DNA of 64,000 bases from Octopus vulgaris (taxonomy: Eukaryota). Shown piece by piece: positions 54,591 through 64,000 of this stretch (within the stretch, counting starts at the first letter, position 1; every line of letters starts with the position of its first letter). Both the position numbers and the translations under genes were made by a program. The stretch spans positions 5,890,001-5,954,000 of the forward strand of contig OX597822.1 in NCBI GenBank assembly GCA_951406725.2, in the 5' to 3' direction. Under the pieces are notes generated by a model that worked only from the letters and a program-made list of their open reading frames with translations, made no database searches and had not been told where the DNA came from.

Positions 54591-55663
54591 CTATAACATT
54601 GAAAAAAATGCATAATTTATTTTATGAAGATTGTCCTTGTAGCCAGTGGAACATTTTACCATTATATTTGCTTGATTTGATTGGATCTACTATAATTGTT
54701 GTTCTGTGGCTGTGTGGTGAACAAACTCACTTTGCAACTGTATAGTTCAGTCCTACTGCAAAGTACCTTAGAGCAATTGTCTTCTATGGCCCCTGGCCAA
54801 CTAATGCCTTGCAAGTGAATTTGGTAGACAGAAACTGCATGGAAGACTGTCATATATATATATGTAAGTCACAATATATGAATTCAAGTAATCTGGTAAT
54901 ACTCATAAAAAAATTCCTTAATGTATCATTCTATAAAATATTAAATATATAGGAATGTTATATCGAGGATCTACTTTTCAACAAAGACTTTCTTTCATCT
55001 GAGGGTGTTGCTTAAATTCTGCATCATTTTGAAGGAGTTTTTCTATTTTGCATTATTGCACGTATGTAAGTAATTAATTTATTATTTAATAAAATAATAT
55101 AAATTATTTATGTGTTCTTAAGTATTGAAACAATTTGTCATGATATTCGAATTTTCATATTTTTAAATAAAATTTCATCAAACTATTTCCCTGCCATTTG
55201 TGACTTTATAAATATATACACATACATATACCCCCCCACACACACTCATATATAGTTTTTTTGTGATTTAAGACCATTGGTTTCATGCTAAGAGAGAAAT
55301 CTCTCAACAATTATCAAACCTGCAACATGGAATACTGGTGTTTGTCTCTGTTTTGATAAGACTCATGATGCCCATTTATGAGAAATAGACTGGATAATAG
55401 CAGTTGGAGTGAAGTTTGTGTGTTAGTTTGCTTTGAGTTCACAATGAAATTGGAAGGTGTTGATTGGTTAGTTTGTTTGGAATATAGATTTTTGGTTCGT
55501 GAAGAAATTGTGGAATTGTTACCTTGTTATTACCACTGATTGTTATCTTGTTTACTGTACTACACTGGTACAGTATATCTAAACCATCTCTCCCTATATT
55601 GTGGCAGTACCATGACATTTGGAGACGGAGGATATAACATCTGGAGATGGAGGATATAACATC

Positions 55664-55674
55664 TGGCGACGAGG
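55664..55674 (+). promoter_or_regulatory. Primer-binding site TGGCGACGAGG (complementary to a tRNA-Ser(GCU)-type 3' end)
   Basis: Lies 2 nt after an LTR-like ...TAACA end and directly before gag. Confidence 0.75.
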
Positions 55675-57600
55675 GTTTTGAAGCTCACTTAGGTTATTTA
55701 ACAATTTGTTCATGATGCAACTTGTTAAATGATAGAAGACTTATTAGCTTCTATAATACGGTTGCAAAAGCAACAAGAACTGCAACAGGAGTTGCAGAAG
55801 TAACTAGTACAGCAACAGCTATTGGGGTTATACGCAAAGAAGTCCAAAAATGCAGTAAGTTCGTTTTCGCCAGATGGCGTATCAAACTCCATAACAGAAT
55901 TCAGTTATAACCTGGAGCAGGGCGTAACTTTTTCAGCATACTACAGAAAGTAAGAAAAGATTTTTAAGGAAGATTGCAAAACATGATCAGACAAAGAAAA
56001 AGTAAGGTTGTTAATATGTAAATTAGCTCTGTCCAAGCATGAATGATACTGTAATTTCATATTGCTCAAAAACCAAAGTCAAATTTGTTTTCAGGAAACA
56101 ATCAAATTACTGTCTAACATGTTCTGTGATAAAATTTCTCTATTTAACACTCGAATGGAGTGTTGGAGTTTAACTAAAAAAGAGGATGATGACTTTATTA
56201 CGTATGCTAGAACAGTCAGCAGAATGTGTGGAAGTTTTAAACTTAAAGAACTTACTCCTGAGATGGCTAAGTGCCTCATTTTTCTACAAGGCTTTACAGC
56301 AAATGAAGATACAGAAATATGGGCAATAATTCTTTCAAGTGAACCAAGAATTAACCCTGCGGACTGTTGCAGAAGAGTGTCAAAGGATGATGAACCTGAA
56401 ATAAGATGTAAGAAAGATTCAAGAAAAGGATTTCGCAAAAATACAGATGTGTCAACTGATAAAGTATAACCAAAGAAGGTTGCTAGGTCCTAATCCATGT
56501 TATGGATGTGGAGATCTACATTTCAGAAAAGAATGTCCTTTTAAAAACCAAAAATGTTACCATTGTCAAAAATTTGGACACAAGAGTTTACACTGCAAAA
56601 CAAAAGTACGAAGGTGAGCAGAAAGTAAAATCGATTCCCAAATAAGGAAATTTGTACATGTAAAAGTAAACGGAGTAAATATCAAATTTGAACTGGATGC
56701 TGGTGGTGACATCTCAATCATTAACATCGACACTTGGAAGAAAATAGGGAATCTATATTTTAGAAAAACAACAAAAACTGCAATTGGCGTGATGGGTAAC
56801 AAACTACACTTTGTAGGCAAAATGTGGAATGAGGTCACATTTCGAGGAAAAACTTGCAAAAGGAAAGTTTTCATTGTGAAGAATGCAATCAATCTGTTTA
56901 GTACCGACTGGTTGGAGTTATTTGACTTATGGAATTTCGCCATAAGTCTCTACTGCAAAAACATAAATAGCTGTCCCTCTAAAAATAAGCCGTCTGAGGA
57001 ATTGAAGCGAAAATTAAAAAAAGATATTTCCTCAAGTACTATCAGATGAGTTAGGTCTATGTAAAAAGACTGAAGTGTGTTTTCAGTTAAAGGAAAATGC
57101 TGTGCCAGTATTCAAATCCAATAGAAAAGTACCGTTCGCTGCAATAAAAAAAAAAAAATGTAGATGAAGAAATGGACAGACTGGACAAACGTGGAATCCT
57201 TAAAAAGGTGGATTACTCTAAATGGGCAGCTGTGTGCTGATTTTTCTATGGGTCTGAATGACGGTTTAAAGACATGTCACTGTCCACTTCCAATTCCCGA
57301 GAATATTATTGCAAAATCAAATGGTGGCAAAATATTCTCGAAATTGGATTTGTCTGAGGCGTATCTGCAAATAAAGGTTGCTGAGGAATGCTCAAAGCTT
57401 CTAACAGTAAATAGACACAGAAGATTGTACAAATATAATAGATTGTCTTTTGGTCTGAAGGTCGCACCTGCAATATTTCAACAGGTTAAGGATGCGATGT
57501 TGGCGGACTGTCAATTCGCAATTCTACACCTGGATGACATTGATTAAAAGTAATTCGTGTGATCAGCGTGTTGAACATATAAAAGCTGTGTTTGAAAAAA
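55664..57600 (+). mobile_element. Gypsy LTR retrotransposon remnant (K02A2.6/Mag-like gag-PR-RT), 3'-truncated
   Basis: CYGCGDLH...CYHCQKFGH knuckles; protease FELDAGGDISII; RT FSKLDLSEAYLQI, RLSFGLKVAPAIFQ, LDDI; many stops. Confidence 0.92.
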
Positions 57601-58265
57601 ATTATATATTTTATATATTTTTTCTGATATATATATATAATCACAGATCCATTATATAGAAGTCACTTCAGGGTCCTTGGCCCAGAAAGACAAAATCCCA
57701 TGTGAAAGGATGGCTGAAGTAACTTATATATAATGGAACTATGTTTATGCATATTGAAACAATTTGTTGGCTTTCTAAGGCTTTTATAATTGTTTATATA
57801 ATAGTATGTTATGTTAAATATTATATTCATAATATTTAATGTAATATTGTAATATAAATAAATTATTGGATTGTCAATAGAATATCTCTATATTTAATTC
57901 ATATATGTTACATTTTAAAGTTTAGCAAACAGAAACAGTAAAAAGTGACATTTTAAACTTTATAAAGGTTTAGCATATTTTTACTGTTCCTTTCATGACT
58001 GAATTTGTAGGATATATATTACATTGTCAGCTTTTTGAGTTGAAAGTAGAAGATTTTCTAAACAATTATTGAATCAGTAACATAATCAACTGCACCAATG
58101 ATTATAAAAACAAGCTTAAATTTGTAATTTGGGTAGATAAGTTATACATTTTGAAGCTGTTGTCTATAAATACTCATGTTAAACTGTTGTAGCTTGATGG
58201 CCTTTTCAAAAAAAAAAAATGTCTCAAAAAATACACTCCCAGGTCTGGTTTGTAAATCTGTGCCA

Positions 58266-58492
58266 TCAGGTTATCCCATAAGTTCTGTCCCATTTTATCT
58301 TTTTTAAAATTGAATGAAATTTAATAGTATTTTAGAATGTCTAATGGAATTAAAAATTATCTTTATGCATTTGTGTACATTTAAACTAATTAAATATTAT
58401 TTTATTGAATAATAGAATTAAACTTTCTTTGATTAAAACCCTTTCTATCATGGAAGTATCCAAAGAGCATTTGAGGCACATAGTGCTTTATC
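58266..58492 (+). mobile_element. Mariner 5' fragment related to 2349-3648
   Basis: TIR-like GGTTATCCCATAAGT and MEVSKEHLRHIVL start. Confidence 0.7.
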
Positions 58493-59202
58493 TTTCTTTG
58501 TATCTATGTTCTTACCCTTTCCAGTGTTTAAAAACCGGTGTTGGTTTGTTTAGCAGTTCAGCAAAAGAGATCAATTGAATGAGTACCAAACTTAAAAAAA
58601 TAAGTACTGAGAGTGATTTGTTTGACTAAAGACCTTTCTAGGTGGTGCTCCAGTATAGGCACTGTCCTATTATTGAAACAAGTAAAAGATAAAAGGTAAG
58701 ACATGAAGTTACTTTGGCCTTCTTATTACTGGTACTTCTACGGTATTCCTGAGTTAGTTTTGCCTTGCAAGTATTTTCAAAATGTTATAATCATTGTCGT
58801 TATTGTCAATGTTGTCATCGTCATTTTCATTACTGACACCATTGACATTGGTGTCATCACTGTCAATGTAATTGCTATTGTCAATGATGTCATAAATATC
58901 ATTTTAATCACTAGCTTCCATAGTGGCATACATTGAACTGTTCTACAGGATCCGATGAGTCTGAGAACCGTATCATGCTCTGCTACTTTGGCATGATTTT
59001 TATGACAGCGAGTTGGCAATATTGTCGGCATGCTGGACAAAATGTTTTGTGGCACTTTGTCCATCTTTACATTCTGAGTTCAAATAACACTGAGGTCGAC
59101 TTTACCTTTTATCATTTCAGGATTGATAAACAAGTACCAGTTGAACACTGGGGTCGATGTAACTGAGTTACCCCTTCTCCAAATCAAATACACTAAATGA
59201 GC

Positions 59203-59743
59203 ATACATACATATATACATACATACATGCATACATGTATACATACATACATACATGCATGCATGCATCATACATACATACATACATACATACATACATA
59301 CATACATACATACATACATACAAACATACTACATACATACATACATACATGCATGGATACATACATACATACATACATATATACATACATACATACATGC
59401 ATACATACATACATATAAACATACTACATACATATATACATGCATACATACATACATACATACATACATACATACATACATACATACATACATACATACA
59501 TACATACATGCATGTATACATACATACATACATACATATATACATACATACATACATACATGCATGTATACATACATGCATACATACATACATACATACA
59601 TACATACATACATACATACATACATACATACATACATACATACATACATACATACATACATGCATGTATGCATGTATACATACATACATGTATACATGCA
59701 TGCATAAATACATACATACATACAAACATACTACATACATACA

Positions 59744-59775
<32 letters not shown>
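59203..59775. repeat. (TACA)n microsatellite
   Basis: Directly visible. Confidence 0.98.
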
Positions 59776-59776
<1 letters not shown>

Positions 59777-60046
59777 TACATCTTCTTGTACATTTAACTC
59801 TGAGAGGACCTTCAGATTGGAAATTGTCATAGGAATTCTCCTTGTGGACAATGTGTGTGGAAAAATACATTATTAGGCTATGAATGATGTCATCAGACCA
59901 CATGACGCGTCTCATCAGCTCTGGAAACCAAATCTGTTATTCCCAGTTCACTAAAAACTATCTTTCTTATTTTTAAACATTAAATAATAAATAATAAATT
60001 TGCTGATGTGTGCAAAGCTTTGTCAAGCTGGAATATTGAGTATTCT

Positions 60047-60252
60047 TAAGGTGGTGAGCTGGTAGAAACGTTAGCACGCCAGGTGAAATGCTTAACAGTA
60101 TTTCGTCTGTCTTCACATTCTGAGTTTAAATTCTGCCAAGGTTGACTTTACCTTTCATGCTTTCGGAGTCGATAAATTAAGTACCAGTTGCGTACTGAGG
60201 TCGATCTAATCGACTGGCCCCTTCCCTCACCTTGTGTCTAGAGTAGAAAAGA
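60047..60252 (+). mobile_element. SINE family C
   Basis: Head plus Nin-like domain; TSD-like GAATATTGAGTATTCTTA on both sides. Confidence 0.85.
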
Positions 60253-60584
60253 ATATTGAGTATTCTTATCACTTTCCCCCACCACTTTCTCTACTATTGT
60301 TTATGCCTTGTCACTCATGCTTCTCACACTGTAATGAGGCTTGTGAGGTCCCTTTAGTTAGGTCAATGGTACTTCTCTGGAGCTAGTGCAATGCAAAGTT
60401 ATCTAGGTCACTCTATAAAATGGTTGAAGTTGGTGGTACTTGGAAGGACATCTGGGCATAAAAACCAATCAAAACAAGAAAAGGTGAGTGAGTGAGGTCC
60501 TCTTGAATATATGCTGACTCAGGCCATGACAACAATCTAACCTAAGCCAGCATAGAAAACAGATATAAAAGGATGATGATGATG

Positions 60585-60619
<35 letters not shown>

Positions 60620-60633
60620 ATATAATATAATAA

Positions 60634-61010
60634 ACTAGCAGTATCGCCCAGCGTTGCTCGGGTTTGTAAGGGAAATAACTATATAAGCATTTTTAGAGAG
60701 TTATAGCAAAAAAATAGCAAAAAAATGCATTAAAAATGGAAAAAAAATGATGGTAAATTTTTTTTTAAATCTTTGACTCATCGTAGACATTTTTAGAGAT
60801 TTACTTCCCTTATATAATAGCGAAAAAAATGCATTAAAATGGAAAACAAATTATGGTAAATTTTTTTAAAATCGTAGACTCATCGTAGACGCGTGCTAAT
60901 ACCCAGAAGGGCTCGATATGAATCACGACTATAAGATACCTGGTTTTGGTTAAACTGCATCGCAAAATGTGGGAGTAGTTAGGAATCTAAATCGTAGGAG
61001 ACAGACACAG
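60634..61010 (-). mobile_element. Non-autonomous Helitron 3' part
   Basis: Minus strand ends CCCGAGCAACGCTGGG hairpin...CTAG|T; internal tandem duplication. Confidence 0.7.
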
Positions 61011-61225
61011 AAGGTCACCAAATCTTCATCAGTTATTGACCAGAGGGTCAAACGCAATTTTGCACCTTCAACGATAATGTTGAATCCCTCTGATGGTGCC
61101 AGATGCCAGAAGCCTCTGGGAAATGACAAGCTAAGCAAGGGACCAAACATGATAGAAAATGAAAAAACAAGAAATAGATGACTATACAATGTAGAAAGTA
61201 AACATTCTTGCATGAGATAAGACAA

Positions 61226-61507
61226 TCATCATCATCATCATCATTGTTCGACTGTGGTTGAGACAATGGAATTTACCATGCTACGCCAGACTTCACGGTC
61301 CATCATGGCATTATGGAGGTCCTGTTGCTGGATGCCTGTATCCCTGGAGATTACATCAGGGTAGGAGAGTGTGCGCCCTCTGGTATTGTGAGTAGATGGC
61401 TTCCAGAGGAGAAGAGTAGAAATTACCTCTTTTTCAGCTCTACAACAATGTCCAGCAAACTGGACTCTCCTACCTTTCACAAGAGATGACACAGGTGGTA
61501 GTTTCCC
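61226..61507 (-). mobile_element. 5'-truncated RTE LINE
   Basis: RRVQFAGHC...AMMDREVWRSMV; (TGA)n tail; 11-bp TSD AGATAAGACAA. Confidence 0.9.
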
Positions 61508-62052
61508 AGATAAGACAAAAGATGTGAACATATGAGCAAACTGAAACAAATAAACAGAACCCAGCCTTAAGGCCAGGCAGGAGACAAAAACAATGGTTAA
61601 GGTGAGGAAAATATCCTGAAGGATTAACAGAGGGACAGTGAAATGTTATGTGAGTGGTAGATGAGAAGAAATACGACTGGTTGTTTTGAGAGTCCATGTG
61701 AAAAGGAAGGAGGGAACACAATGACTACAGGTCACCTGTCAGTGGTAGGAGTGAGAAAATTGGTAGAGGGCAGAGAGAGACACAGAGAGCAGAGGAGCAA
61801 GGTAAAAGACAGGAACAGATAACAGCACAGAAAGTGTAGAGAAGGAAGAAAGAAAGAGGGAAGAGTGAAAGGAAGAGAGAGGAAGGAATGGCCTTTGTAT
61901 GAAACTCTTGTGAACTCATCTTTGTCCCTCATCCATCCACGAATTGTCTTGTCTTGAATCACATATTTCTATGTTCTCTTTCTGCATTGCATAGTCATTT
62001 CGTGTTTGTTCATTTCTCATTTGGTTGTACATTTATTATTTAATGGAATGTC

Positions 62053-62445
62053 ACAGGAGTGGCTGTGTGGTAAGTAGCTTGCTAACCAGCCACATGGTTC
62101 CGGGTTCAGTCCCACTGCGAGGCATCTTGGGCAAGTGTCTTCTGCTATAGCCTCGGGCCGACCAATGCCTTGTGAGTGAATTTGGTAGACGGAAACTGAA
62201 AGAAGCCTATCGTATATATGTATATATATATATGTATGTGTGTGTCTTTGTTTGTCCCCCCACCATCGCTTGACAACCGATGCTGGTGTGTTTATGTCCC
62301 CGTCACTTAGTGGTTCGGCAAAAAGAGACCGATAGAATAAGTACTGGGCTTACAAAGAATAAGTCCCGGGGTCGATTTGCTCGACTAAAGGTGGTGCTCC
62401 AGCATGGCCGCAGTCAAATTACTGAAACAAGTAAAAAAAAAAAAA
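62053..62445 (+). mobile_element. SINE family A
   Basis: Full-length match. Confidence 0.9.
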
Positions 62446-62559
62446 TCTATATATTCATATGTATATACATACACACACATGTGTATGCCATTGTGTCTGT
62501 GTCTCCCACTGCTGTTTGTGTTGTTGACGTATACATATACATATATATATATATATTGC

Positions 62560-62763
62560 ATGTGTACCGTTGGCGATTTTTTTCCCTCCGTCTTCCCTTC
62601 CTTGGATCTTTCCTTTTCCTATGTTTCTGACGAAGAGCTCCACTCGAAACGTTAAACACCCCTTCTTTCCTTCTTTCCTGAGCGTCCAATAATACTAGAC
62701 TTGTTCCATGTCCTCGCGTTGTTGTGGTTTCTCTTGGTGTTTTCATGTTTGGATTAACATTAT
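62560..62763 (+). mobile_element. (TA)n-inserted ~200-nt module with a canonical minimal HHR
   Basis: TA-flanked; same layout as the 14277, 17784 and 38622 modules. Confidence 0.8.
62622..62658 (+). ncRNA. Minimal type I hammerhead ribozyme
   Basis: TGTTT-CTGACGA-A-GAG(CTCCA)CTC-GAAA-CG-TT-AAACA: 5-bp stem I, intact core, palindromic ACGT in place of stem III. Confidence 0.8.
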
Positions 62764-62767
62764 ATAT

Positions 62768-62854
<87 letters not shown>

Positions 62855-63049
62855 CATTTATATATATATATATGCATATATACTGTATTAGATATTTAGG
62901 TGCAAAACATATAAATATATATATAAATGTATGTGTGTTTATGGTTTGCACCTAAATATCAAATAATTATTGTAACACTCCATAACAAAGTATTTTATCA
63001 CTTCTTTTAATGAATTTTTAGAGTATTATTTAGCATTAATTATCCTACT

Positions 63050-64000
63050 TCATTGAATACGAAGATCTGTTTATGTTGATACTTCTCCAATTTTTATTTT
63101 TCCTTTGAAATATGAAATTACCTGTTCATTTAACAATTCAAATAACTTTATTAATTTTTGAAGTGTAAGATAATTATTAGCTTAAGGTGCAAGAATCATC
63201 TTTTGTCATCTGTTTCTCTCTCGTTTTTGCTTCTATTTATTTTGTTAATGGCATTAAGTACTGGTTTTGCTATTACTGGTCTCTTGAAATCAATTGTAAT
63301 TTATATAATACTTACTTTTAACAGAGAAGCTTTCTTTTGTCTCATTATATATTAATTTAAATGCTGATAAAACTGCAGTTGATATCGTTTTCTTTCTTTG
63401 TGTAATCATATATAGTTTTTGTGCAACAATAAATGCATATTTAATGTGTTTTGTTTCCCATTTTAGGTATCTGATACATAATGATTAGGTCTAGATTTCT
63501 TCTATTCCTAAATTCCTTTGTTCAGCATATCACATGACTTACGGTATTATTTTCTTAGTTTTTCTATGCCTTTATTGTTTTATATAAGCATCACATGCTT
63601 TATCAGATATATCAATTTCTTTAAGGAGAATCTCTACAGAATATCTCTTGGAGATAAACTGAATCCTTATTTGCCAATTTATCTATGGATCTACAGTGTA
63701 ATCATTAAATTACTTATTCACGTATCCAAATTGCATTACATACACGGTGTTTCATCTTATCTTTGATGTAATTAATTCTGTAATCTTCTCTATGTAGAAT
63801 CTCTTCATTTGTTTGGTTAAGTCTATTTTTGCATTTTCCATTTCTATTTTAAGTTTAGAATATGTTTGAAACACATATTTTTATAGATGTAATTTTGTTC
63901 CAACACAATTTCCATTTTCTAGATGCCATTTTCTGAATATATAACTTCTTACCAGCAATTTTCTTCATTAGCAGGTTTTGTTTTAGAACTCTAAATTCTT
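63050..64000 (-). mobile_element. Possible highly decayed Penelope-like ORF remnant
   Basis: Minus-strand VIAKP, DSCTL and YQHKQIF fragments loosely recall the Neptune GIY-YIG C-terminus; A-rich sense strand. Confidence 0.3.

Noticed and set aside
59779-61116. Candidate minus-strand exons 59779-59921 and 61020-61116
   Set aside because: Acceptors are plausible, but donors are weak, the phases are incompatible and no protein is recognised

Overview
AT-rich, repeat-saturated animal genomic DNA. The SINE families, the microsatellite load and the transposon mix point to a coleoid cephalopod (Octopus-like); this is inferred, not checked. No complete host gene is visible. A few candidate minus-strand exons suggest the window is mostly intron of one large gene. 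Nearly all ORFs in the supplied track are microsatellite artefacts or transposon fragments. Content: three tRNA-derived SINE families, RTE-, R4/Dong- and CR1-like LINE remnants, mariner/Tc1/pogo/hAT/piggyBac/Helitron elements, a Gypsy (K02A2.6/Mag-like) remnant, a solo LTR, and several Penelope-like (GIY-YIG) remnants. The most notable signal is a set of hammerhead ribozyme (HHR) motifs. They include a recurring ~200-nt non-coding module inserted at (TA)n tracts that carries a minimal type I HHR: canonical core at 62622-62658, and an A6->U variant core in four copies. Longer HHRs sit inside foldback or Penelope-like structures (26628-26688, 5655-5749, 43822-43867 and 45202-45247). All coordinates and counts were read by eye.
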